Part shown: positions 22,897-34,393 of the stretch, piece after piece | How the letters are laid out: each line of letters opens with the position of its first letter | Numbering within the stretch: the first letter of the stretch is position 1 | Assembly: GCA_963844715.1 (NCBI GenBank) | Contig: CAWJPJ010000007.1 | Coordinates: 1 to 64,000, forward strand | Source of the DNA: an uncultured Phycisphaerales bacterium | GTDB lineage: Bacteria > Planctomycetota > Phycisphaerae > Tepidisphaerales > Tepidisphaeraceae | DNA length: 64,000 bases | Reading direction: 5' to 3' | The notes under the pieces: generated by a model | Told to the model about the DNA's origin: nothing | Seen by the model: only the letters and a program-made list of their open reading frames with translations | The model's database searches: none | Program-made: the position numbers and the translations under genes

Positions 22897-24184
22897 CTAG
22901 TACCCCGTCGCGTAGGCGTCGGCGTAGACCAGGACGCGATTCGACGTGCTGCCGTTGACGGTGAACGTCGAACCGGTGAAGTTGATCGGCGTCGAACTCG
23001 TGCCGGCGTAGGCGATTTCAAACGCCTTGCTGGCCGTTCCGGAAAGCTCGATCTTGATGTTCGAGATGATGTCATCCTTCGCGCCAGGAAGTAACCCGCG
23101 GCCGCGCAGTTGTTCATCGTGATCCCGGTCATCGTGATATCCTCGTACTCCGGCCCGAGGTCGGGGCCGAGACGGAATTCGACAGGGTCGGGGTCGAATC
23201 ATAATCGTCGTCGAAGAAGATCGCGTAGTCGCGGACGCCGTTCATGGTGATGTTCGAATAAGTGATATTCGAGACCACTCCGGCGCTGCCCGACGGGCTC
23301 TTGATGCGGATGCCGAAATCGGTGTCGTTGAAGGTGCAGCCGCTCATGGTGACGTTGCTGACGTTGTTGACCACGTCGCTGCCGATCGAGAGCCCATGCC
23401 CTTGCAGGTCGGCCGAATTCACCGCGCTGCTGCCGCCGAACACGCAGTTGGTCACCGTGATATCCGAGGTGCCGCCCGAGGTGTCGTCGTTGGCCCCGAT
23501 GGCGATATCGTCGTCACCGGTCGTGATGTGGCAATTTTCGATGATTTCGTGCTGGCCCGAGATATCCATGCCGTCGGTGTTGTACGAAGTCGAAGCTTCG
23601 CCGACGTCGGTCGCGACCGTCACGTTATTGATCGTCACCTGGTTGCAGGTGTTCTGTATCTGAAGGTGTTCCATCGGGGAGTTCGTCAGCGTGATGCCGG
23701 TGATCTCGATATCGCTGGAATCGGCGATGACAATTTCCTTGGGCCGGCTGCTGCTGCTGCCGTCGGCAGCCCACCAGGCCTGACCCTGCCCGTTGATCGT
23801 CCCGGTGCCGCTGATTTCGATGTTCGTCACGCTCTTGGCGGTGATGAAGTCCGTCGTATCGCCGGACCAATTGCTCATGGCGAGCATTTCAAGCGTGCCG
23901 TTGATTTCAAAATTGACGTTGCTCTTGAGGGTGATAGCGCCGCTGAGCCAAGTTCCGGAACCGATGACGACGGTCCCGCCGCCGCTGGCGGCCGAGGCCG
24001 CGTTGATCGCGTCCTGAATTGCCGTCGCGTTGTTCGACGAGCTGGTGGACGCCCCGTATGACGTGATGTTGAACGTCGAGGAGCCGAAGTGCGGCACTGT
24101 CGTCACTGACAGCAAAACGCGTCCTTCCATCTGTTCCATCGTCGCAGGCCGTGAACTCCGCACTTTTCTCTTGGAAATGAACAA
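22897..24184 (-). CDS. GH28 polygalacturonase-like secreted protein (frameshifts ~23200 and ~23110)
   Basis: NTDG, GDDD, GHGLSIGS and RIK catalytic motifs; EQMEGRVLLS leader; TTG start after GGAGG. Confidence 0.85.
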
Positions 24185-24402
24185 GAGCAGTCCCTCCGTA
24201 AAAGTTATATTTGTATTGGGGGTCCCGGGTACCGCTTCCCCCGCCCATTCGAAACCGGGACAACGACTTAGTACGATACACGTCCGGCGAAATGCAAATT
24301 GATAAATTGAAGATTCCGCGGCGAGGCCTTCGCGCATCGGGCGTTTCACTTATAGGTCTCAGATGATCCAAGGCGGCACACTTAATTGACGGAACCTGGA
24401 GA

Positions 24403-25938
24403 TTGGGCCGCCCCATTTTTCCGGCCGTCAATCCGCGCACGGGTCAGATAATCCCGCCTGAGTTTGCCCAGGCCGGCGCCGATGAAGTCTCCGCCGCCAT
24501 GGCCGCCGCCGCCGCGGCTTTTGACGCTCTCCGGCCCGAGCGACCGGATTGGCCGGCCTTCCTTCTGGAAAAAATCGCCGAGCAGATCGCCAACCTCGGC
24601 GACGAACTCCTCGATCGCGCAAATCAGGAAACCGCGCTTCCCAATCCGCGTCTGATTTCCGAGCGCGGCCGCACCGTCAATCAACTTCGCATGTTTGCAA
24701 AAATCGCCCGCGACGGCGATTGGCTCGACGCCACCATCGACACCGCCGACCCCAATCGCCAGCCCCTGCCCAAGCCGGACATTCGGCGAATGCGCATCGG
24801 GCGCGGCCCCGTCGTTGTCTTCGGCGCATCGAATTTCCCTTTCGCGTTCGGCGTAGCCGGCGGCGACACCGCGTCCGCGCTCGCCGCCGGAAACCCCGTC
24901 ATCGTCAAAGGCCATCCCTCCCATCCCGGCACCAATGAACTCTTCGCCGCCGCCGTCCTGGCGGCCGTCCAATCCCTCAATCTCCCCACCGGTTTGTTCT
25001 CACTCCTGCAGGGAACGAGTCACGACCTGGGCGCGCAACTCGTGCAACACCCCCAAACCGCCGCCGTCGGTTTCACAGGCTCGCGCAAGGCCGGCCGCGT
25101 CCTCTTCGATCTCGCCGCCAAACGCCCCGCGCCGATTCCGGTTTACGCCGAAATGGGAAGCGTGAACCCGCTCATCATTCTCCCCGGCGCACTCAACACC
25201 CGCGCCCAGCAAATCGCCACGGACCTATCCGCCTCAATCCTCCTGGGGGGCGGCCAATTCTGCACCAAGCCGGGGGTCATTTTGACCCCCAGATCATCCG
25301 AAGACTTCCTCATCGCGCTGGCAAGTTACATTGGCGGTGCCCTGCCCGTCGTCATGCTCAATCGACCCCTTCGCGACGCCTTCCTCGCCCGCACCACTGA
25401 ATGGTCCGCCATCCCCGGCGTCGTCCCGCGCACACAATCCAAACCCCGCGATTACGCCTCCGTCACTCCATCCCTCTTTGAAACCACGCCGGATGTTTTC
25501 CTTCGCCACGCCGAACTGCGCGAAGAAGCCTTCGGCCCCGCGGGCCTCGTCATCCGATACGATCGCCCCGAGCAGATCGCCCTGATCCTCCAATCGCTCG
25601 GCGGCAATCTCACCGGCACCATCCACGCCGATGAATCCGACGACCCCAGCCCCCTCATCTCCTCGCTCCAGAAATTCGTCGGACGCATTATTCTCAACGG
25701 CTATCCCACCGGCGTCGAAGTCTGTTCCGCCATGGTTCACGGCGGCCCCTATCCCGCCACCACCGACCCCGCGACAACCAGCGTCGGCTCCGCCGCTATC
25801 GCACGCTTTTCGCGCCTCGTTGCTTTTCAGAATACCCCCGACCCCTTGCTTCCCGCCGCGCTGCAAAACGCCAACCCCATGAGAATCCCCCGCACGATCA
25901 ACGGCCGGCGTACTGCCGATCCAATTCCAAAAGCTTGA
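24403..25938 (+). CDS. NADP-dependent aldehyde dehydrogenase, alpha-ketoglutarate semialdehyde dehydrogenase type
   Basis: VFGASNFPFAF; GGDTASALAAG; AEMGSVNP; GQFCTKPG; GYPTGVEVC..MVHGGPYPA. Confidence 0.9.
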   Translation: MGRPIFPAVNPRTGQIIPPEFAQAGADEVSAAMAAAAAAFDALRPERPDWPAFLLEKIAEQIANLGDELLDRANQETALPNPRLISERGRTVNQLRMFAKIARDGDWLDATIDTADPNRQPLPKPDIRRMRIGRGPVVVFGASNFPFAFGVAGGDTASALAAGNPVIVKGHPSHPGTNELFAAAVLAAVQSLNLPTGLFSLLQGTSHDLGAQLVQHPQTAAVGFTGSRKAGRVLFDLAAKRPAPIPVYAEMGSVNPLIILPGALNTRAQQIATDLSASILLGGGQFCTKPGVILTPRSSEDFLIALASYIGGALPVVMLNRPLRDAFLARTTEWSAIPGVVPRTQSKPRDYASVTPSLFETTPDVFLRHAELREEAFGPAGLVIRYDRPEQIALILQSLGGNLTGTIHADESDDPSPLISSLQKFVGRIILNGYPTGVEVCSAMVHGGPYPATTDPATTSVGSAAIARFSRLVAFQNTPDPLLPAALQNANPMRIPRTINGRRTADPIPKA

Positions 25939-26823
25939 GCGCCGCCTCCCGAATCCGCGCATGATCCGCCTGCGGAATATTGCTCAGCAGCGGGAGCATC
26001 GGGCCCGTATCCGCGATGCCGCAAGTCTCACCGCCTCATGCAGCACGCGGATCGGATTCACCAGATTCCGAATCTCCTCCAGCGGCGCGCACAGCGATCG
26101 AATCTTTTCCGCCTCGCTCCAATTCCCCGCGCGGATCGCCTTGAGCATCGCGCTCGACAGCCGCGGCGCCACGCATACTACGCCGGCCGTGAATCCCCCC
26201 ACCCCAAACTCGCGCATATGCGTAATCGCCGGCTGTTCTCCCAACCCGCTGACAATTTTTTTCGCGTCGATCCGCCGGCAAATTGCCTTCAGATATTCAT
26301 CCTCCGCCGGATCGTTCCGCACCACGGCATACTTGACCCCCACAATCGCCTTTTCATCGAGCAATTTCCCCATCTGCTCGGCCCGCACGTACCCATCCGC
26401 GCGCAGATAAAGCAGCGCCGGAATCCCCGCCGCCTGGACAAACCGCCGCACCCCTTCCTCCACACCCTCGGCCGTAGACGCCCCCGTCATCGGCAAAATC
26501 ATCGCGGTCGGAAACCGATGCTTCTTCAAAATCTTCGCCTGATCCATCATCGTCCCAAACGTGGGCCCCGCCGATGGAATCACCAGTGTCTCGGCCCCCG
26601 CCGCCTCCTCCAGAAAATCCAGAATCACCCCATACTCGCCCGCGCCGACGTGATAAAAATTCGCATTCCCGCCATAGATCAGAGAATTCACTCCCCCCGC
26701 CTCGATGTGCCGGATGAGTTTCAAGTTCTCCGCCGCGCCGATCGTCAGATCCCCGCTCCGGCACAAGGGCGGGACCGCCAATACACTGTTCGTTAACCGC
26801 TCGGTTGTGAGTGAGGTAATCAT
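25898..26823 (-). CDS. DHDPS-family lyase (probable 2-keto-3-deoxy sugar-acid dehydratase; frameshift ~26020)
   Basis: SVLAVPPL; LIYGGNANFY; GVKYAV; cluster context. Confidence 0.8.
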
Positions 26824-26825
26824 AT

Positions 26826-28549
26826 TCAGTAAATATCCGGCTCCCCCGGCGTTTCCCGTTCCGCAAAAATCTAAAATCGCACCCTTCATGCGCTTGCGTG
26901 CACTGCTCCGCAAACAGCCACCCATATCCGCGCTCGAATTTCGCCGCCGGCGGCCGCCAATTCTTCCGTCGCTCCGCCAGCTCGGCATCCGGCACGCGCA
27001 GATGAATCTTCCGTGCCGCCACGTCCAGTTCGATCAAATCCCCATCCTGCACCAAAGCCAGCGGCCCGCCCACCGCCGCCTCGGGCGAAACATGCAGCAC
27101 GCACGCCCCGTAGGCCGTGCCGCTCATCCGCGCATCGGAAATCCGCACCATGTCCCGCACCCCCTGCTTCAGCAGCTTCTTCGGGATCGGCAGCATCCCC
27201 CACTCCGGCATCCCCGGCGCTCCCAGCGGGCCGGCGTTTTGCAGAACCAGCACCGAATCCGCAGTCACATCCAAATTCTCGTCGTCGATCCGCTTCTTCA
27301 AATCCGCGTAATCCTTGAACACCACCGCCGGACCCGCGTGCTTCAGCAACCGCCCCTCCGCCGCCGTCGGCTTGATCACGCACCCGTCCGGTGCCAAATT
27401 CCCCCGCAAAACAAACGTCGCCCCCGCCCGCGACAGCGGCTTATCCGCCGGCAAAATCACTTTGTCGTTAAACACCTTCGCCCCCGCGATATTTTCCCCC
27501 AGCGTCTTCCCGTTCACGGTTTTGCAATCGAGCTTCAGCGCATCGCGAATCTGATTCAGGAGCGCAGCCAGTCCCCCCGCATCAAAAAAATCCTCCATCG
27601 AAAATTCTCCGCTGGGGCGCAGATTCGCGATAACCGGAGTCCGCTGTGAAATTTCGTCAAACCGATCCAGCGGCAACTTAATCCCCACGCGCCCCGCCAT
27701 CGCGATCATGTGAATAATCGCGTTGGTCGATCCCCCAATCGCCATCTCCGCCGTGATCGCATTATCAAACGCCTCTTTGGTCAATATCGCGCTCGGCTTG
27801 AGTTCCTCCCACACCATCTCGACGATCCGCCGCCCGCTCGCCTCCGCCATGCGGGCGTGCCCCGAATGCGCCGCCGGGATCGACGACGCACCCGGCAACG
27901 TCAGCCCCAGGGTCTCGGCAATCGAGAGCATCGTGGAAGCCGTCCCCATCGTCATGCAATGGCCCGCCGACCGCGCGATTCCCTCCTCTATCCTGCGCCA
28001 CGCGCACTCGTCCAAATTCCCCGCGCATCGTTCGGCCCAGTATTTCCAGGCGTCGGTGCCGCTGCCGAGCGTCGTCCCCTGCCAATTCCCCTTGAGCATC
28101 GGCCCCGCCGGGACAAAAATCGCCGGCACATCCGCGGTCGCCGCCCCCATCACCAGCCCCGGCGTCGTCTTATCGCAGCCCCCCAGCAAAACCGCCCCGT
28201 CGATTGGATGGCATCGCAGCACCTCCTCGGTCTCCATCGCCAGCAGATTCCGGTAGTACATGGCCGAGGGTTTCATGAACGTCTCGGACAAACTCATCAC
28301 CGGAATTTCCAGCGGGAACCCGCCCGCCTGCCAGACCCCGCGCTTGATCTCCTGCACGCGCTGCGGGAAATGCGTGTGGCACGGGTTCATTTCGTTCCAC
28401 GTGCTCAAAATCGCAATGACAGGTTTGCCGGCGTAATCGTCTTCCGAATACCCCATCTGCTTCAATCGCGACCGATGCCCGAACGACCGCAGATCGTCCG
28501 GCCCCAGCCAGCGATAACTTCGCAACTCTTCCGCTCGTTTCAGTGGCAT
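26826..28549 (-). CDS. IlvD/Edd-family sugar-acid dehydratase, L-arabinonate dehydratase-like (frameshift near 3' end)
   Basis: NPCH; GGCDKTTP; HCMTMGTAST; GMPEWG; SDARMSGT; natural end EPDIY-stop at 26826. Confidence 0.9.
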
Positions 28550-29892
28550 GATTCGCCGCCATTATAAGGCTCCGCCCGTTCCAGTTCGATGCGATGAATC
28601 GGACCCAGCAAAACCGTATACGCCAGCGCCCCAACGACTCCCATCAATCCCACTGCCGCCACCACCCACTGAAACGACCCGGTCTTTTTCAAAATAATCC
28701 CAATCGCGATCGGCGTCAGCACCGCCCCCAGATTTCCCACGCAATTGCACAATTCCCCCGTAAACGCGATCAATTTCCGCGGCGCCGCCTCGGCCACAAT
28801 CGACCAGGACGTCGATGACACCCCCTGCGCGAAATACGCGAAGGTGAGAATCGCCACCGCCAGCGCATTCGACTTCGTATGGTTCGCCAGCACGATCGTG
28901 GTGGCCAGAACAAATCCCGTCACGATGGGGACTTTTCGAGCCGTGGAAATCGTCGCCCCGCGCGAGCAGCCAATCCGACCAGCACCCCCCGAGAAAAACC
29001 CCGACTGTCGCCGCCAGATAAGGCAGCGAAGTCGCCACCCCCGCCGCCAGAATCGTCATCCCGCGCTGCTTCACCAAGTAAGTCGGGAACCAGGTGAGCA
29101 AAAAGAAAATCGAACTCACGACGGCAAATTTCCCGATGCAGATGGCCACGATCTGCCGCTGCAAACAAAGCCGCCCGATATCGCCCCAATCCGGCTTTTC
29201 GCGCTCCGGCACCTCGGTCAATCCCCCGCCCGATGTGATGTGCGCGAGCTCCGCCTTATTGGCGCGCCCGCAGCTTCTCGGATCGTTGTAGTAGATCATC
29301 CAGATCACAAAACCCGCCAGCCCAATCGCCGACGTCGCGAAAAACACCGACCTCCAGCCGAACGATTTGGCCAGCGAGAACAATCCCGCGCCAGCAGACC
29401 GGTCCCGATATATTGCCCCATCACATAAGTCCCCGTCGCCATCCCCCGTTCTTTTTGTGGGAACCACATCGTCACCACGCGATTGTTCGCCGGAAACGCC
29501 GGTGATTCCGCCAGCCCCACGATCATCCGCAGGGCAAAGAGCGAACTGAAACCATTGGCGAACCCAAGAAAAAAAGTCGCCCCCGCCCAGAAGAGTTGCG
29601 ACAGCCCATACATCCACCGCACCCCCAGCCGATCGACAATCCACCCGCCCGGCAAGGTCGCCAGCGCATACGTCCACGAAAACGCCGAGAGCAGCAGTCC
29701 CATCTTCACGTCGTCGATCTTCAGCTGCTTGGAAAGCAGCGGCGCCACGATCGAAAGATTCGACCGCCCGATGTAATTGATGGTGGTGGCCAAAAGAATC
29801 AGGCCCAGCATGACGAAACGCGTGCGCGTAGGCCGACCGCCCTCCGTTTCGAAGTTCCGAGACGATAGTTCCGATTCTAATTTCACCGCCAT
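28540..29892 (-). CDS. MFS anion:cation symporter, DgoT-like sugar-acid transporter (two frameshifts)
   Basis: INYIGRSNLSI; AESPAFPAN; WFPQKERG; FFLLTWFPTYL; split across three ORFs. Confidence 0.85.
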
Positions 29893-30050
29893 CGTGGATT
29901 ATTCCAAATCCGCTCGTCTTCAGCGAGGATTTTTATGAAGATGAATTGGATCGGTTGAGCCCATCGTGCCGAGGAAAATGCGTGGGCTCGAATAAGAGAA
30001 CGCGCTCTCGATTCGATCGCGATTGGCTGGCCTGATAGCTGAGGCACAAC

Positions 30051-30296
30051 CCTTCGCGCCAGGCAGGCCCAGAGTCGCCGCCTTAGGCGGCAACTGTGAA
30101 GGGAATTTCGGCCTTCGCGGCCGACCTCAACCGTCCTTCACAGCCACCGCTTGTCCGACCTGCCGTTACGCGCGCCCCGCGGGAGGTCGGACAAGCGGGC
30201 GTGTCTTGCGACGGTTGGGGTCCGGCGTGAAGCCGGAAATTCCTTTTACATCGGCCGCCGAAAGGCGGCGACTCCGTCTCGCACCTCGCGCAAAGG
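30051..30296 (+). repeat. Long imperfect inverted repeat (~245 nt) with terminal REP-like palindromes
   Basis: Inner CCGCTTGTCCGACCT/AGGTCGGACAAGCGG; outer GAGTCGCCGCCTTAGGCGGC/GCCGCCGAAAGGCGGCGACTC; nested pairing between them. Confidence 0.85.
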
Positions 30297-30477
30297 CTCA
30301 TCCCCACCCACCAGGCCAGCCAACGGCCATCGAATCGGCGACGCATTTTCATATACGAGCCAACGCATCTCCTCGCCGCCAAAGCCATTCCCGAAAATCC
30401 TCATTCTCTTGTCATTTTTGGATTCAAATCCCCGCCCCGAGTAAATTAACTGTCGTCCGCCCAGGAGGAACTCGCTT

Positions 30478-31614
30478 TTGAACAAAATCGCTTCACTCGC
30501 CGTCGGGTTGTTAATATCGATGGCGTTGACCTCGTCCACTCTCAAAGCCTCCGACGTTTTGGTTTATTTCGGCTCCCAGCAAACCGCGCCCAACACCGGC
30601 TTTCGCATCGCCCATTTCGATACCGACACCGGCCGGCTCGCCACCCCCAAACTCCTGCTTTCCGCCAACGCCCCCTCCTATTTCGTGATCGACTCGGCCG
30701 GAAAGCATCTCTACTCGACCAGCTTCAGCGGCGACTGCGGGGTCAGCGCCTACGCCATCGACCCCGCCACCGGCGACCTGACTCTCATCAATCACATCCC
30801 CGGCGGAAAAGCCGGGACCAGCTATATCGGACTCGACCACACCGGCAAATTCGCCCTCTCGGCGAATTTCGCCACCGGTCACATTGCCGTCTTCCCCATC
30901 CGGCCCGACGGCGGCCTCGCCGACCCCACCGCTTTTGAATTCCACACCGGCCACGGGCCCAATCCCAAGCGCCAGTCCCGAACTTATCCCCATTGCATCG
31001 TCGCCGACCCCACCAATCAGTATTGCCTCGTCCCGGATCTGGGCCTCGACAAACTTTTCGTTTTCAAATTCGACGACAGCGCCGGAACGCTAACCGCCGC
31101 CGATCCTCCCTTTGTCACCGTCCAGCCGGGCGCCGGCCCGCGCCACGTCCGCTTCCATCCCAATGGGAAATGGGCCTATCTGGTCTGCGAAATGGGAAGC
31201 CGGATCTACGCGTTTAACTGGGACGCGGGCAAAGGCACGCTCACTCAGTTCCAGTCGATCTCGACATTGCCGGATGGTTTCAGCGGCGAAAACAACGCCG
31301 CCGAATTGGAAGTCCTCTCCAACGGCAAATTCCTGTACGTCTCGAACCGGGGCGAAGACACCATCGCCATTTTTTCAATCGATCAATCCAGCGGAGTGCT
31401 CACCCCCATCGGCCGCGTTCCAACCCGAGGCAAAACCCCGCGCAACTTCGCCATCGACCCCAGCGGAAACTGGATGATCTGCACCAACCAGGACGGCAAC
31501 AACGCCGTCATCTTCCACATCAACCGCGACACCGGCCAGCTGACCCAGACGGGCAACCCCGTCCCCATCGAAGCCCCCTGCTGCGAGCGCTTCCTTACAA
31601 CGGCCCTTCCATGA
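30478..31614 (+). CDS. Lactonase (6-phosphogluconolactonase/cycloisomerase beta-propeller family) with signal peptide
   Basis: VPDLGLDK; GAGPRH..FHPNGK; LYVSNRG; GKTPRNF. Confidence 0.9.
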   Translation: MNKIASLAVGLLISMALTSSTLKASDVLVYFGSQQTAPNTGFRIAHFDTDTGRLATPKLLLSANAPSYFVIDSAGKHLYSTSFSGDCGVSAYAIDPATGDLTLINHIPGGKAGTSYIGLDHTGKFALSANFATGHIAVFPIRPDGGLADPTAFEFHTGHGPNPKRQSRTYPHCIVADPTNQYCLVPDLGLDKLFVFKFDDSAGTLTAADPPFVTVQPGAGPRHVRFHPNGKWAYLVCEMGSRIYAFNWDAGKGTLTQFQSISTLPDGFSGENNAAELEVLSNGKFLYVSNRGEDTIAIFSIDQSSGVLTPIGRVPTRGKTPRNFAIDPSGNWMICTNQDGNNAVIFHINRDTGQLTQTGNPVPIEAPCCERFLTTALP

Positions 31615-31615
31615 C

Positions 31616-33240
31616 TCATTTGGATTGCTGCGATGCCGGTTGCATTGAAGCGAGAATCGACTTTCTGACGTAAATATCGAAGAAAGCCGAGTGATATCGG
31701 ATGGCATAATTCTGATGAAATGCGCGGACGAACTCGTCTGAAAAAACCGAATCTCCGGGGCTATACCAATCCGAAAGAGTATATGGATTGTCCCCTCTTG
31801 GAATCAGTACAACGTCCGCCGCGCCCGATCGCCAACGCTCAGTCGTCGCTTCCGGCAGTCCGTGCTGGTCCTCTGCGCTGTCAATCGCCGCGGCCGGATC
31901 GAGCGAATATGGATTCCCTGAGAACACAAGCACCGGCCGCTCGTAGGTATCAAAATACGACAGGTCTCCACCCACGCCCATCTCAATCGTTCGATCGGGA
32001 ATCCGGTCAGTGATGTTCTCGATGTCGGCGAGCCGGGTTGCGCCGATTTGCGAGATGATCCCCATATTTTTGTGCAGCAGATGCCCCTGCCACCCGGCGT
32101 AGACCAGCGCCACCAGGACAATTGGAAGAATCAACCAATGCCGAATCACGATGTACTGCGATGGAGCGGCCATCGACCATGCCCAGGCGATCATCCAGCA
32201 GACCACCGGCAGCAACGGCAGCAGGTGATGAGCGCCCGCGCCGCGCTTGGCGGCCACGGGCAGCGTCACCAGGATCGCGGCGCCCAGCGCGCCCGCCGTC
32301 ATCCACCAATCTGCGCCTCCGCGAATCATCCGATTGGCCCGACCAGATCGAAGGCAAACTTCCAAGCAGGCACAGTCCGGCCAACCACCCCGCGAAAACA
32401 AGCGAAGCGGGCAACTCGCCGGCGAATGGATGCCGCGATGCCAGGCGCATCCACTCCTGGTAGTTTTGCAGGGAAATTTCCGGCAGCGAAAAGGGCGCTA
32501 TCGCCACGGCGGCGGCGACGACCCCCGCCAGAATCAATGGACGCCATTTGCGGTGCCGCAGGTAAAAGGCGGTCGCGATAGGAATCGTGTATGCTGCCGC
32601 GTTGATCTTCATGTTCACATCGATCCCCGCCGCCGCGCCCAACACCAGGGCGGCCCACCACGGATTCGAAAGCGTCAGGGCAAATACATTGAGCGACATC
32701 AGAAAGAGCTGATGGCTGTCGGGCCGGCACCAGAATGAGCCGGCCCTAAACGCGAGGAAAACGACGGTCGCCAGCGCCGTGCACGCCAACCCTGCCCACC
32801 GCCCCGCCACGCGCCAGCACGCCGCCAGAAGGAATCCCACGCCGGCCAGCGCGGAAACCGCCGTGCTCGCTTTAACGGCGAGAATTGACGGCCCCATCAA
32901 CCAGCAATAACCCGCCGTCCAAAGATAAGTGTAGGGGCCATACGGCAGCGCATACTGCTCCGCCGCCGTCGGCGCCGGATAGACGCGCCTTTCCGCGCAT
33001 GAAAAGGCAGCTCACCGCGGCAATCTGTGGTTCAACGTGATCGGAAAACGCCGGACTCAGCGCATATTCGATTACAAAGCAGGCATAAAGGACGATGAGC
33101 CCGCCCGAAACCGCGCCCAGCGCCCACCCGTATTCCCGCCGATTTTTCACACCGACCCCGCGCAAGACAAATCCCGCCACCAGCGCCGCCGCGACCAGAG
33201 CAGCCAGCCATAGCACCGGGTAATCAGCAACCCACTCCAT
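31616..33240 (-). CDS. Polytopic membrane protein, probable GT-C glycosyltransferase (two frameshifts)
   Basis: DHVEPQIA; LPYGP; WCRPDS; spread over ORFs 32872..33285, 32007..32900 and 31616..32401. Confidence 0.55.
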
Positions 33241-33373
33241 GCCCGGCCAAACCCCTTCCCGCATGAATCGTCGGACGTTTTTCAATCGCGCGCACGCCGC
33301 CGCGCCGGCTTGTGCAAATCAGCCGGGCACGATACATCATCCCCCAGGCGAGTTCCAATTCAGCAAATAAACC

Positions 33374-34393
33374 ATGAGCGAACCCCAATCGACCGACCCC
33401 AAAGCCGCCCTCCCGCTGGTCGTCGATTTGGATGGATCGCTTCTTCGCACCGATTCCCTCGTCGAATCGATTCTCGATCTCGCCCGCCGCCATCCTCTGC
33501 ATTTGTTCGTGCTGCCAATCTGGATCCTCCCCGGCCGCGCCGCCTTCAAGCGCCGCCTCGCCGAGTACACTAGCCTCGACGTCGCCACCCTCCCCTATCA
33601 CGCCGGGTTCCTGGAATATCTCCGCCAGCAGCACGCTCTTGGGCGCCGGCTCGTGCTCGCCACCGGCGCCGATCAATCCATCGCCCGCGCCGTCGCCGAT
33701 CATCTTGGGATATTCGACGAAGTGATCGGCAGCGACGGCACGCGCAATTACAGCGGCCGCGCCAAGCGCGAAGAACTCAACCGCCGCTTCGGCGCGAAGA
33801 ATTATGTCTACGCCGGGAACGCCCGCATCGATCTGCACGTCTGGCGCGACGCCGGCGCCGCCGTCCTCGTCGCCTGTTCCCCGATCCTGATGCACCGCGC
33901 TTCGTCCCTGACGGGAATCGAAAAGAACTTCCCCACCGAACACGCCCCCGGCTCGATGAGCCAGGCCATGCGCCTCGGACGACTGGTCCTGAACCTGCTC
34001 GTCTTCGTCCCCCTCTTTTCCAAAAATCATCCTCACAAGGGCCTGGCCCTGTTCCTCGCCTTTATCGCATTCTGTTTCATGTCATCTTCTGTTTATCTGC
34101 TCGACGATCTGCTCAATCTCAAGAAAGATCGCCGCGACGATTCGCGCCGCTTTCGCCCCTTCGCCGACGGCCGCGCCTCGCTTCTCCCCGCCGTCGCCCT
34201 CGCCGTCGCGCTCTTCGCCGTCGCCTTCGCCGTCGCGGGGCGCCTTCCCGTCAAGTTTGTCGCCATCCTCGCCCTCTATTTCGTCGCCGCCCTCGGCTAC
34301 GCCCTCTTCCTCAGAGGCGTCCCCGTCCTCGGCACCCTCGTCCAATTCGCCCTCCTCGCCCTCCGCATCATGGGCGGCTACTCGGCGATCTAG
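33374..34393 (+). CDS. HAD-like domain fused to a shortened UbiA-family prenyltransferase domain
   Basis: PLVVDLDGSLLRTD; LVLATGA; YAGN..IDL.VW; NLLVFVPL; RPFADG. Confidence 0.8.
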   Translation: MSEPQSTDPKAALPLVVDLDGSLLRTDSLVESILDLARRHPLHLFVLPIWILPGRAAFKRRLAEYTSLDVATLPYHAGFLEYLRQQHALGRRLVLATGADQSIARAVADHLGIFDEVIGSDGTRNYSGRAKREELNRRFGAKNYVYAGNARIDLHVWRDAGAAVLVACSPILMHRASSLTGIEKNFPTEHAPGSMSQAMRLGRLVLNLLVFVPLFSKNHPHKGLALFLAFIAFCFMSSSVYLLDDLLNLKKDRRDDSRRFRPFADGRASLLPAVALAVALFAVAFAVAGRLPVKFVAILALYFVAALGYALFLRGVPVLGTLVQFALLALRIMGGYSAI

